IMG/VR virus record: IMGVR_UViG_3300037840_000227
Coordinates: 34,783-98,782 of that record
Origin: a virus
DNA length: 64,000 nucleotides
Direction: 5' to 3' (one strand)
This document shows, piece by piece, positions 1 through 10,276 of the stretch (positions are counted from its first letter, which is position 1; each line of letters begins with the position of its first letter). The notes under the pieces were generated by a model. That model was not told the origin of the DNA and did no database searches. It saw only the letters and a program-made list of their open reading frames with translations. A program made the position numbers and the translations under genes.

Positions 1-1
1 C

Positions 2-3000
2 GGGCTTTACGACGCCTCGCAGCAGCGGGCGCAGGACGCGCTTAGTCAGGCCAAGGCGAGGAGCGCGGCCGAGGTCAGCAATATCCAGACTCAGAATGAC
101 CTCGCCAATGAGACGGATCCAGCCAAGGCCGCTGGCTACATCCAGAAATTCCAGGGCAATGTAAACAGCGCCGCCTCCATGATCCCGGAGGGTCCGCAAC
201 GCGACAACTTCCTGACTGAACAGGCGCCGACTCTGGCGCGCTCAACCGTCGGCGTCTTCAACCATATCAATAACCTCAATAATAACCAGGACTTAGCGGA
301 CTTCACCAATAACGAGACGACGGCGATCAACGCGGCGCTCTCTACCCCGGATGACGCTCAGCGCGGCAGGGTGCTTGCGAACCTCCAGGCGCAAGGGCAG
401 GCGCTTGTCGATAAGGGCGTGATGACGCCGGAGCAGTGGGCTCTCCGGCAGCAGAATGTTGCGAAAACCTACGGCATCACCTGGACTAAGAACGAAGCGC
501 TCACCGCTGATCAAACCGGCGACACCTCGCGCATTCGCGCGATGCTGCCTAATTTCCTAACCTCGCCCGATGGGGCCGGCGGCGCAACGCCAGTGCCCAA
601 CGACTTGAATTGGGCCAAGGGCTCCGGATCATTCCAGGCCTATGGAGCGCAGAACGATCTGCCCCAGAAGGCCAATTTCCTGATGGGCGCCGCGGTATCG
701 CGGCTCGGCGCGAGCCAGACAGGCGCCGCAGCGATTGTCGGCAATGCCGTCTCAGAGAGCGGCCTTTCAACGACAGTCGGCAATTGGAAGAACGAGGATT
801 CGCACGGGCTCTTCCAATGGAATGACGCGGCAGGCGTACGGCGATGGAGTAAATTCCAGGAGTGGGCGACCTCCATCGATGCTGATCCCGGCAACCCAAT
901 GACGCAGTTGGCCTACGCCAAGGTTGAGGCAAGCCAAATGCGCGGCCCCAATGGCATGAGCGTTTGGCAGGCCGTCAATAGCGCGCCAACTGTCAAGGAA
1001 GCATCCGATATTTGGATGCGCTACTTCGAAGCGCCGAAAGATCAGGGCGCGGGCGCCAGCGCGGCAAGAGCGCGAGAGGCGATGGGCGCCTACCGCACTT
1101 ACTCGACTGGACAGCCGAATGCCTTCGTCGGACTGCCGCCGCCGGCGCAGGTCGCCTCGCCGGACAGCGCAGCGGTGACGCAAGTCGACTTCAGCCCAAC
1201 GAATCCACAGCCCATCCCGCCGCGCGCGCAATGGCCGGATGGCGCGGCCAGTGCGGCGCACACTTCCACCGGCGAGCTCGTCTATGTCGGCCATGACGGA
1301 ACGCCGCTAGGCGGCCAGACCGGCGGCGGGACGCCAGCGAATGAGGGCGGCGCGGCCCCTCTCTCACCACCGAGAAGTCAGTGGCCGGATGGTGCAAAGG
1401 CCATCGTTCACCAGGGGGATGGATCGCTCGCCTATGTCATGTCGGATGGGACGCTCGAGCCTGTGCCTGGCTCCCGCGCGACGGGCTCGCCGGGCGCGAT
1501 GGCGCCAACTAAGACAGGAACCATCCTCGATCACATACCCCCGCAAGAAAGAGCGGAACTCGGCATTTATCTCGCCAACGAGGCGACGCGGATCGAACGT
1601 CGCAATTACGAAGCCTCCAAGCAGCAGGTTACGCTAGCCAAGGAGTCAATGAAGGGAATCCAAAGCGATCTGGTGAATGGCCAGCCTGTTCCGGATCAGA
1701 CGATAAACACTATCGTCGCGCCTCTCTTGCACCACCCCAATCCAGAGGTGAAGCAGATGGCGGCGAACATCATGAACATCCGCGATAACCTCGCGCACTT
1801 CAAAGGGCAAACCCCCGCCCAGGTCGAGGATGGCATTATCAATCAGCAAGCCGAATACAACCAGGCGGTCAAGGCCAACCCTGGCGATCCACTCAATGAG
1901 ATGCGATTCCAGACCTTGCAGGCATCGAAGGCCTATCTGAAGGCATATCAGACGGACATCAGCAAGAATACGCTCGAGCGCGCGGTGCGCGAGGATGTGC
2001 TGCCGAACGGCCTCACGCCACTCAATCCGACTGATCCAAGTATCGTGCAGGAGTTCACCCAGCGCGCCGCGGAAGCGCAGAAGGTGGCTGATTTCTATCA
2101 CCTGCCGGAGCCGGTCTATCTCACCCAGCAAGATCGCGTGCAGTTCAAGCGCATGGCGGCGGCAGGCGGCCAGCCGATGGCCGAACTTGCCGCCAACGCG
2201 GTGGCGGGTCTTGGCAGCCGGGCCGGGACGATGTTCAAGCAGATCGGCGGCGACGCGCCGGCCTTTGTCAGCCTGGGCCAGCTCATGCTCCAAGGCACGT
2301 CCAAGCAGAATATCGACGACATCGCTCACTATACGGCGGCGGCGAACGATAAAGAGGCCAAGCGCGATTTGCCGCGGATCACCGATTCCGTCCTCGCCCG
2401 CTCGAAGGCGGACGATCCGCTCGGCACGACGGGGAACACCAACAATCCATTGGAGGGATTCGGGCCGGACTATCAGGGCCGCATTCGTCAGACTGCCAAC
2501 ATTCTCGGTGGCGCCTGGTCCGCGCGGGACGGCAAGGATCCCAAGATTGATCTCGATACGAATTATTACACCACGGAGTGGTTCAACCGCGCCTACACCG
2601 CCGCGCTCGGCGGTGAGATGGTGAACGGCAAGCAGTACGGCGGCGTCGCGAATTATGGCGGCGGCAATTTCTTCTCGCCATCGACATGGAATAACCACCC
2701 TATGACGCAGAAAATCCTCGTGCCGCCAAACGTGAAGGCCGAGGATATGGGCTCGCTCGTCGCCCGCATTACCGACGACGACTTGAGCAAAATGCCGCGG
2801 CCGCCTGTCGATCCCGCCGGCCATCCTATCTCCGCCGCCCAAATCAGGAATGGCTATCTTACGGCCATTCCTGATCAGGACGACGGGATATTTCATGGCC
2901 GCTATGGCGTTATTCTTGGCGATCCGCATGACGAAGGCCACCGTCCAGTGCTCAGCAAGGATGGGAAGCCCTTCGAGCTCAACCTCAGCGCAGGAACGCT

Positions 3001-3142
3001 TGCCGAGGCGCTCAAGAAGCGCTCGCCGGAATCCTATCGTGACGCGCCGCCGCCGCTCCGCGGGCCAGGCGCTCCTTTGCGGAACCTGCCGGGAATGTTA
3101 GAGGCGGGTGAGGAGCCTGCTACCGCAACTGCGACGGAGTAA
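2..3142 (+). CDS. Large internal virion/ejection protein with phage tail lysozyme domain (5' end outside window)
   Basis: Frame is open from base 2 (GLYDASQQRAQD...). Motifs GNAVSESG...SHGLFQW...QLAY...EASDIWMRYFEAP match the phage tail lysozyme family. First of three giant genes before the tail fibres. Confidence 0.8.
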   Translation, partial: GLYDASQQRAQDALSQAKARSAAEVSNIQTQNDLANETDPAKAAGYIQKFQGNVNSAASMIPEGPQRDNFLTEQAPTLARSTVGVFNHINNLNNNQDLADFTNNETTAINAALSTPDDAQRGRVLANLQAQGQALVDKGVMTPEQWALRQQNVAKTYGITWTKNEALTADQTGDTSRIRAMLPNFLTSPDGAGGATPVPNDLNWAKGSGSFQAYGAQNDLPQKANFLMGAAVSRLGASQTGAAAIVGNAVSESGLSTTVGNWKNEDSHGLFQWNDAAGVRRWSKFQEWATSIDADPGNPMTQLAYAKVEASQMRGPNGMSVWQAVNSAPTVKEASDIWMRYFEAPKDQGAGASAARAREAMGAYRTYSTGQPNAFVGLPPPAQVASPDSAAVTQVDFSPTNPQPIPPRAQWPDGAASAAHTSTGELVYVGHDGTPLGGQTGGGTPANEGGAAPLSPPRSQWPDGAKAIVHQGDGSLAYVMSDGTLEPVPGSRATGSPGAMAPTKTGTILDHIPPQERAELGIYLANEATRIERRNYEASKQQVTLAKESMKGIQSDLVNGQPVPDQTINTIVAPLLHHPNPEVKQMAANIMNIRDNLAHFKGQTPAQVEDGIINQQAEYNQAVKANPGDPLNEMRFQTLQASKAYLKAYQTDISKNTLERAVREDVLPNGLTPLNPTDPSIVQEFTQRAAEAQKVADFYHLPEPVYLTQQDRVQFKRMAAAGGQPMAELAANAVAGLGSRAGTMFKQIGGDAPAFVSLGQLMLQGTSKQNIDDIAHYTAAANDKEAKRDLPRITDSVLARSKADDPLGTTGNTNNPLEGFGPDYQGRIRQTANILGGAWSARDGKDPKIDLDTNYYTTEWFNRAYTAALGGEMVNGKQYGGVANYGGGNFFSPSTWNNHPMTQKILVPPNVKAEDMGSLVARITDDDLSKMPRPPVDPAGHPISAAQIRNGYLTAIPDQDDGIFHGRYGVILGDPHDEGHRPVLSKDGKPFELNLSAGTLAEALKKRSPESYRDAPPPLRGPGAPLRNLPGMLEAGEEPATATATE

Positions 3143-3144
3143 AA

Positions 3145-6100
3145 GTGGCCCTCGATCCAGACGCCGCTGGCGGGGATTTCTCCAACTCCCCGGCCTTCTC
3201 AAACCACTACTCGCCGGCAACCGCCGACGCCGAGGCGCCACCGTTTTCGGATCACTTCAAGAATTTCAGCGAGTCGATGGCGGACCTTGCGGGACGCATT
3301 GGCGGCGCTGGGGTAGGCCTCGCCAAGCAGATCGGCGAGACAGAAGCCGAAGCGCCCGGCGCGCCGGATCAGAAATTCTTTGGAACGCGCGATCCTGATT
3401 TGCTCGGCCGCGTCGCCTCAACTGCGGCTTCGAGCGCCCAATATAGCGGGCCTCTCGGGTTTGGCATCGCCATGGGCGACGCTGTCGAACAGCGCAACGA
3501 CGCCATTAAGGATGCGGCCGGCGTCGAGATGAAAAACCCCTTCAGCGGGGATTATCGCGATCAGGCCGAAGCGCAGATGATCAAGGAGGCGCTGCAATTG
3601 CCCCCGGATCAGAGGCCAATCTTCGGCTCGGAGGAATGGCAGCAGCGCCAGCGTGATCTTGAGTTCTCGCTCTATCAGCAGGATCTTCACAATCTTGCAG
3701 AGAAGTATTCCGGCAATTCGGATCGCGAGCGCGACATTCTCGCCGCCATCGGCGCGGATCGCGATGTTCGCCAGGATGCATCTTCGCTCGCCAACCAGCA
3801 GGCCTCGATCGCGAACCTTGCTTATGAAAAGTCCGGCGGGGGGTTCTTCCCACTGGCCGCAGCGGCGGGTGGCGAGTTTGGCGGCGGCTTCCGCGATCCA
3901 GTTACTCTCCTTTCCTTGCTTGCCTCTGGGCCGGAACGGCAGATTGCGATGCCAGCCATCAGGCGCATTGCGACAACGATGACGGAACAGGGCGCCTTTA
4001 CTGGCCTAACGACAGCTCTCTTCGAACCAGAGGTGCAGGCCTTCAACAAGCAGCGCGGCGAGGACAATGGCCTCTGGCCGGCGCTGAAGGATATCGGCGG
4101 CTCGGCGCTCTTCGGCGGCGTTGCCGGCGGACTTATCGAGGGCGTCAAGCAGATCGGCCATGCCTTCGCCGGCTCGCAGCAACAGGCGGCGATAGAGGAA
4201 TTCATTCGGCAGGCGCAATCGCATGGGCCGATGTCGCCTGGGGCTAGGAAGTTTTGGGATGACGTGCAGGCGTGGGAGAATCGCCCGCAAGCGCCGGCTG
4301 GACTCCTCGAAGCGCCGCGGCCGCCGGGCGAGCCGCCGCCCAAGCCAACGAAGGGCGCCGCCAAGCCGCCGATCGAGGTTCCGCCTGGGGCGGAGAATCT
4401 CCCCGCCACGACAGCGATCACGCCGGGCCGGATCGAAAACGCGGAGCTCGATCACCTCGCCTCGCCGCCGGCTATCCCCGGCGTTCCGCCCTCGGAAGCG
4501 CTGCGTGTCTATGAAGGCCTCGTCCAGCACGGCGAGAACCCGGATACTGTCGCCCCGCCGGCGCCGCCAATGCACGCGCCGCCCTCTGGGCCAATCATCG
4601 TCACGCCTGATCATCAGGGAATGCCGGAACGCTCCGCTGGCTACACTGGCACGATCGATGGCAAGCCAGTCACCTATCAGTCCTTCGATCCCCGGACGCT
4701 TGGAACCGACGCCCAGGCCTTTCAGTATAAGGGCGGCGCCGATCAGGCCGGCGTGACGCACAGGCTTGCGAGCGTGCAGCGCTGGGCTCCTCTCGCAGCG
4801 GGGCATGTGGTTGTCTTCGAGCGTGATAACGGCCAGCAATTCATTGTCGACGGCCACCAGCGGCTCGGGCTGGCCAGGAGGCTCGCTGGCGCCCAAACGG
4901 ACGGGCAAATGCCCATCCGTTTCGATGGCGCGCTTCTCAAGGAATCCGATGGCTGGACGCCGGCTGATGCGCGTGCGATCGCGGCGAAGAAGAATATCCA
5001 GGAAGGCTCCGGCGAGCCGCTCGACACCGCGCGGGTTTTCCGCGACCGGCCGGATATGTGGGATGACAGCCTTCCTATCACCTCAGGACGTCTCAAGCAG
5101 GCCAAGGGCCTCGCAGAACTGTCCGAGCCGGCCTGGGAGATGGCGGTCAACGGCCTCGTTCCGCACAATTACGCCTCGCTCGTTGGCCGCATGATGCCGC
5201 AGAAGGAGAATCATGCGGCGGTGATGGCGGAGCTGGCCAAATTCAGCCCGCAGAGCGAGAACGAAGCCCGGATGATGATCGCCGACGCCAATAGCGCCGG
5301 CTTCGCGCGCGATGTGCAAGAGACGCTTTTTGGAAAAGAGGAAGCCACCCGCTCGCTGATGCGGGAGCGCGCGCAGGTCTATTCCTCGGTTATTTCATTG
5401 CTCAACGAGGACAAGCATGTCTTCCAGACTCTCGACCGGGAGGCGCAGCGAATCGAGGCGGCGGGGAATGTCCTAGTCGATACTAACGCCAGCCGGGCGG
5501 AGCGCGCCGGGCAGCTCAGTCAACTGATCGGGAAGCTTGCCGTTCGGCAGGGCCCCATCTCTGCGGCATTGAACCGCGCAGCCGCGCGCGTCGCTGCAGG
5601 GGATGAAAAGCCAAAAGATGCAGCGCGTGCGTTCCTCAGTGACATCACCGACCTTGTTGGCAAAGATGGGATTCGGCTCGACAGGTTCACCCAGGACGGC
5701 TCGCAGGGCTCCGAGGTCGCCGAAACACCGCAGGAGATCAAGGCTCAGTCGGATGCGATGGAGCGCGAGCTCTTAGCCACGCTGCCGGCGCGGGCGCCTG
5801 TCGCTACGCCAGCGCCGCCGCCTGCTGCGCCATCCGGCCTCATGTCCACTCTCGGGACCGGACTCCCCGGCGTCGATCGCATCCTGGCCGATCCTTATGT
5901 GTCCGAGGCCATCGGCAACCCGATCATCAACCGGAAGAACGACGTCCCCTACGGCGCGGGCCCCAACAACAAGGACGATCGCATCACCAACGTTGACCGC
6001 CATGTGCCCAAGACGGATACCGTCAATGGCGTGGCGTACGATCCGGCTAAGCCTGTCGTCATCCACGAGCAAGTCGAGAAGCACGTTCTCAACCGCCTCA

Positions 6101-6843
6101 TTGCCGCAGGCGTGTCGGCGGAGAAGGCTTACCCGATGGCGCATTTCGGATTTGCCGAACCTGCCGAAGAGGCATGGGTGCAAACCAACCTCGGCCAGGA
6201 TGCATGGCCTGAATATCAGGCTCATTGGGCCAAGTGGCTCAAGCCGATCGATCACGAGAACCCGAAGAACCCGCCGAAGGACTTGTTCCAGAAGCCCTAT
6301 CCGCACGACGACGATCATCTCGCGCCGCAGGACAAGGGCAGCTTCGAGGCCTCTGAAAAGGCAGGCGAGCCAGAGTCAGCGCAGATGCGCGCCGAGGCGG
6401 AGCGCATTCTCGGCCTTGAGGGCATGAGCCCGGCGGAGAGTCTCGCCCGCCATGCGGTTCATGAGGCCGTCACCGCCGCCGCGCAATCGCCAAGTCCGCT
6501 CGATCGTCAGATTGGCGAGATTATCGGCAAGGAAGCCCCTGAGGTTCTCGGAGCGGCGTTCCCGTCCGAGGCTGGCCCCGAGGGGACGCAGCAGACCCTC
6601 GTGCCGGGCGTCAAGCCGGTAACGGACGCCGATCGCCTACGCGCCGCCGCTGGCCAGCCCATGCGCGGCGGCAACGCGCCACCGGCAGAGGGGGGATTGT
6701 TCGATGAGGTGGGCCGCGCGCAGCCAGACATTTTTGATATGGTAGTCGATGATAAGGGCAACCTGCGTGAGAAGGGAGACGTTCTACAAAGCGTTTCCCG
6801 TGAAACATATCTCGCCAAACTGATCGGGGAGTGTGAGGTCTAG
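3145..6843 (+). CDS. Large internal virion/polyvalent protein with ParB-like domain
   Basis: 1232 aa, GTG start, tightly coupled to neighbours. VVVFERDNGQQFIVDGHQRLGLA is a ParB/Srx-type motif; a C-terminal module contains HEQVE...AH. Confidence 0.7.
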   Translation: MALDPDAAGGDFSNSPAFSNHYSPATADAEAPPFSDHFKNFSESMADLAGRIGGAGVGLAKQIGETEAEAPGAPDQKFFGTRDPDLLGRVASTAASSAQYSGPLGFGIAMGDAVEQRNDAIKDAAGVEMKNPFSGDYRDQAEAQMIKEALQLPPDQRPIFGSEEWQQRQRDLEFSLYQQDLHNLAEKYSGNSDRERDILAAIGADRDVRQDASSLANQQASIANLAYEKSGGGFFPLAAAAGGEFGGGFRDPVTLLSLLASGPERQIAMPAIRRIATTMTEQGAFTGLTTALFEPEVQAFNKQRGEDNGLWPALKDIGGSALFGGVAGGLIEGVKQIGHAFAGSQQQAAIEEFIRQAQSHGPMSPGARKFWDDVQAWENRPQAPAGLLEAPRPPGEPPPKPTKGAAKPPIEVPPGAENLPATTAITPGRIENAELDHLASPPAIPGVPPSEALRVYEGLVQHGENPDTVAPPAPPMHAPPSGPIIVTPDHQGMPERSAGYTGTIDGKPVTYQSFDPRTLGTDAQAFQYKGGADQAGVTHRLASVQRWAPLAAGHVVVFERDNGQQFIVDGHQRLGLARRLAGAQTDGQMPIRFDGALLKESDGWTPADARAIAAKKNIQEGSGEPLDTARVFRDRPDMWDDSLPITSGRLKQAKGLAELSEPAWEMAVNGLVPHNYASLVGRMMPQKENHAAVMAELAKFSPQSENEARMMIADANSAGFARDVQETLFGKEEATRSLMRERAQVYSSVISLLNEDKHVFQTLDREAQRIEAAGNVLVDTNASRAERAGQLSQLIGKLAVRQGPISAALNRAAARVAAGDEKPKDAARAFLSDITDLVGKDGIRLDRFTQDGSQGSEVAETPQEIKAQSDAMERELLATLPARAPVATPAPPPAAPSGLMSTLGTGLPGVDRILADPYVSEAIGNPIINRKNDVPYGAGPNNKDDRITNVDRHVPKTDTVNGVAYDPAKPVVIHEQVEKHVLNRLIAAGVSAEKAYPMAHFGFAEPAEEAWVQTNLGQDAWPEYQAHWAKWLKPIDHENPKNPPKDLFQKPYPHDDDHLAPQDKGSFEASEKAGEPESAQMRAEAERILGLEGMSPAESLARHAVHEAVTAAAQSPSPLDRQIGEIIGKEAPEVLGAAFPSEAGPEGTQQTLVPGVKPVTDADRLRAAAGQPMRGGNAPPAEGGLFDEVGRAQPDIFDMVVDDKGNLREKGDVLQSVSRETYLAKLIGECEV

Positions 6844-9593
6844 TGTCTTTCGAATCTTGCATCGACGGCATGATTGCTCGCGCTGAAATCTCCCGCGACG
6901 AGGGCGAGGAGATGAAGCGTCGCTATCGTGACGCCCTGCGCAGCGGGAGGGCGCCCCCGCTTGCCCGCGACGAAGCGCAGCGGCAAATGGACATTGCCGG
7001 CGTTCGCTCGCGCTGGCGCGAGAATGCATCGATCCAAGCGCTCGATCAGATCAAGAAAGACCTCATCTCCTTCCGGGATCCGTGGGGACGCCAGAATATC
7101 GTTGAAGCCGGCTACAACCTCTTCGAAAACTTCGGCTATGCTGGCTACCCGGCGGTGAAGCAACTCGGCGAAGCCTACATCGGCCTGATGCACAGCCGCC
7201 TCACCGATTATCTCCAGGCCTATGAGCGCAAAGCCATCACCGGGCGCCGTCGCGGCGGTAGGGCGCTCGACAAGGACATCAAGCGCGCGCTCTTCGGCGA
7301 GCGCGCCCCGCCGCGCGCAACGGCCTTGGCGAAATTGCTCAATCAAGAGTTTGAGTTCGCCCGGCAGACGTTCAATCGCTTTGCCGGTCCGGGCAGCATC
7401 CCTAAGATGGAGAATTGGGGCGGTCCGCAGGGGCATGACGACGCCGCCCTCTTGCGCTTCGGCCAGAGCAAGATTCCGGCGGGCTGGGATCGCGATTACA
7501 TCAAAGGCCTCGAGAAGCAGTTCCCCAACAATCCCCAAGCCTTCTCCAAGGAGGCCTGGGTGCGCTGGACGCATCCAAAACTCAATTGGACGAAGATGTG
7601 GGACCCGCTCACCGGCGAGCATTACCCCGCCTCCATGCCGCAGGAGAAGTCCTTCGCCATTCTCCACCATGTCTGGGAGACCGTGGCGACGGACGGCAAG
7701 ATCAATATGCCCCCAAGCCGCCAGGCCGTGGGGCGCGGCTCCGTCGCCACATCTCGTTCCGATCATCGCTTTCTGATTTTCAAGGATGCCGACTCGGCGG
7801 AAGAGTACAATCGTGAATGCGGCTCTGGCTCCGGCTTCAACCAGACGATGAATCACCTGCACGGGATGTGGCGGGACATCGCTCTGATGCACCGCTTCGG
7901 GCCCAACCCGAATGGCACAGTCATGTGGCTCAAGCAGGCGATCGAGGAGCAATCGAACTTCCTGAAGACCGGCCACCCCAACATGTTGCCGACGCGGGCG
8001 AAGGGCTTTATTGGCCGCGCCCATGCGCCAATAGCCCACACGCCGCGCAACACCGCCGTCAAGACCGCCCATGCTCTGCGGACGATTGATGGCTTCTGGG
8101 AACAGCTCAATGGCTACAATGCCGCGCAGAATAACCTCGCGCTCGCCGGCACGATCATGCGTAACTGGACGCTCGGCTCATTGCTGGGCTCTTCGGTGAT
8201 CCCGCATGCCGTCGCCAACCCAGCCATTCAAATGTATGCCCATTACGAGGGCGGCCTGCCAGTCGCGCGGGTGATCCCAGACTTCCTCCGTGCGCTCTAT
8301 AACCGCTCGAGGCCAGAGGAGATGCTCCGGGCCGGCGTTGATACGGAGAATGCGCTCTTCCAGATCGGCTCGCTTGCCCGGCAGCAGTCGGCATTCGCCA
8401 AGGTCGCCAACTGGACGCGGTGGCTCCCTGACCGGACAACCCACTGGTCACAGCTCATCCCCTTCCTTGACGCCTTCAAGGCCGCTCACTTCCGCGGCTC
8501 GATGGCCTATCTTTCTGATTTGCGGAAAATGTCGTGGGACAAATTGCCATCCCGCCTCAAGGGCAAGCTGCAGGGCTACGGCATCCGCGAGCCGGATTGG
8601 AAGGTGATGCAGCTCGCGCCGGAGTATCAGCCAGTCGACATGTCAGCCAATTGGATGCGCGCGACTGACATCGCCAATATGCCGGCGGAGACGCCAGAGC
8701 AGATCAAGGCGATTCTCACCGCGGCGGGGCGGCAATCGCTCGATCCGACGAACGATCAGCCGATCGCCCGGCAGGTTGCATTCGATACGGCGGTGAAATT
8801 CGTGACTTGGATGGTGGGCGAGCGCGAGGTTGCGGTTCCGCAATCCTCCATGCGGATGCGCGCCGAGTTCCTCGGCACCGCCAAGAAGGGAAGCTACTGG
8901 GGCGAACTCGCGCGTAACGCCTTCCAGTTCAAGGGTTTCGTCGGCGCGTTCATGGTGACGCAATCCCAGGCGATCAAGCGCGAGCTGGGCGGCAGCAAGC
9001 TGGGCGGCATCGGCTTAGCTAGCACCATGTTTATCGTGCTCTCCTTGCTCGGCATGGTGAGCCTCCAACTCAAACAGGCGCGCAGCGGCAAGGATTTCTT
9101 GCCGATGAACCCCGATTCCACCTCAGGCATTGCCACATGGGCGCGCGCCATCCTGACGAGCCTATCCTTTGGCTTCGCCGGCGATTTCCTCGCCGCCGAT
9201 CACACCAGCTATGGCCAGGGTCCATTCGAGACGCTTTTGGGGCCCGCGACGGCCCTCCCGGTCAGTGCCTATGAAATGGCCAAGGGGGCAGTCGAGAACC
9301 TCGGCGGCGGCTCGCGGTCCCGCAAGCCGTTCTCCGAGACGGCGGCGGATGCAGCCATAAAGCTCCTGCGGATGCAAACACCGTTCCTGTCAACGGCGTG
9401 GCCGTTCGCCGCCGCCTACAACCGCTTGGTGCTCGACAAACTGCATTACATGATGAACCCCGAGGCGCACCGAGAGGACAGGCTTGGCGAAGAGCGCCTG
9501 CGCAAACAGACGGGAGGCCAAAGTTTCTTCTGGCGTCCCGGCGAGAGCGCGCCGAGCCGCCTGCCGCAGTTCACCACCGCGCCGCCGCGCTAG
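6843..9593 (+). CDS. Large internal virion (ejection-type) protein
   Basis: 916 aa helical protein with hydrophobic C-terminal segments, ending FFWRPGE..P.R.P. Position and size are typical of podovirus ejection genes. Confidence 0.65.
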   Translation: MSFESCIDGMIARAEISRDEGEEMKRRYRDALRSGRAPPLARDEAQRQMDIAGVRSRWRENASIQALDQIKKDLISFRDPWGRQNIVEAGYNLFENFGYAGYPAVKQLGEAYIGLMHSRLTDYLQAYERKAITGRRRGGRALDKDIKRALFGERAPPRATALAKLLNQEFEFARQTFNRFAGPGSIPKMENWGGPQGHDDAALLRFGQSKIPAGWDRDYIKGLEKQFPNNPQAFSKEAWVRWTHPKLNWTKMWDPLTGEHYPASMPQEKSFAILHHVWETVATDGKINMPPSRQAVGRGSVATSRSDHRFLIFKDADSAEEYNRECGSGSGFNQTMNHLHGMWRDIALMHRFGPNPNGTVMWLKQAIEEQSNFLKTGHPNMLPTRAKGFIGRAHAPIAHTPRNTAVKTAHALRTIDGFWEQLNGYNAAQNNLALAGTIMRNWTLGSLLGSSVIPHAVANPAIQMYAHYEGGLPVARVIPDFLRALYNRSRPEEMLRAGVDTENALFQIGSLARQQSAFAKVANWTRWLPDRTTHWSQLIPFLDAFKAAHFRGSMAYLSDLRKMSWDKLPSRLKGKLQGYGIREPDWKVMQLAPEYQPVDMSANWMRATDIANMPAETPEQIKAILTAAGRQSLDPTNDQPIARQVAFDTAVKFVTWMVGEREVAVPQSSMRMRAEFLGTAKKGSYWGELARNAFQFKGFVGAFMVTQSQAIKRELGGSKLGGIGLASTMFIVLSLLGMVSLQLKQARSGKDFLPMNPDSTSGIATWARAILTSLSFGFAGDFLAADHTSYGQGPFETLLGPATALPVSAYEMAKGAVENLGGGSRSRKPFSETAADAAIKLLRMQTPFLSTAWPFAAAYNRLVLDKLHYMMNPEAHREDRLGEERLRKQTGGQSFFWRPGESAPSRLPQFTTAPPR

Positions 9594-9655
9594 CCGACTC
9601 TCGTCTAAATGTGGTAGCTATCCCCTCAAGCGCCACAATGGGCAGGGATTAGCCG

Positions 9656-10276
9656 GTGTCGACCTCACTGGACATCATCGACGGAATTCCAGATCAAATC
9701 GCGTATAAAGCGCCATGCGCTTGCGCTACTACAGGAGATTTAACTAATTCTATGATTGGGCTGATAACCGTGGATGGTTATCAGCTACTTCCGAACGACA
9801 GAGTATTGGTTTGGCAGAATAGTGATGAACGTACCAATGGAGTCTACAACGCCTCTACTGGAGCATGGGTACGGGCGGTCGATTTCACCTCAACATCTGC
9901 TATAGGAGCGGGCACGCAGGTCTACGTCTACAACGGCGTTACTTACGCCGGCTCTGTCTTTGTTTGCCAAGCCCAAATGCCAGTCGTCGGCACATCGCCG
10001 ATCACCTTCAATCGCCTTTCCATGTCGACCGCGCCAAATGTGGCGCAGCTCCCGATTACGCCCGGCCAGGCCAAGCGGGCGCTGGCGACGCTCGGCTACA
10101 ATGTCGAGACACTCGAGATGGCCATCCCGGCAGATAGCCAAAACTCGATCAACATCGCCATGAATGACGCCTTCTGGCCGATCGGCGGCGCGGCGTGGGC
10201 TTTCGTGCAGTCAACCTACGGCATTACTGGCGCGCAGGTGACGGCGATCCAAAACACGGCGACGACAAATCGATGA
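9656..10276 (+). CDS. Tail fibre anchor/adaptor-like protein
   Basis: ATTGDL...GLITVDG...NDRVLV.Q.....NGVY...GAWVRA.DF, a motif common at the N-terminus of phage tail fibres. Confidence 0.7.
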   Translation: MSTSLDIIDGIPDQIAYKAPCACATTGDLTNSMIGLITVDGYQLLPNDRVLVWQNSDERTNGVYNASTGAWVRAVDFTSTSAIGAGTQVYVYNGVTYAGSVFVCQAQMPVVGTSPITFNRLSMSTAPNVAQLPITPGQAKRALATLGYNVETLEMAIPADSQNSINIAMNDAFWPIGGAAWAFVQSTYGITGAQVTAIQNTATTNR

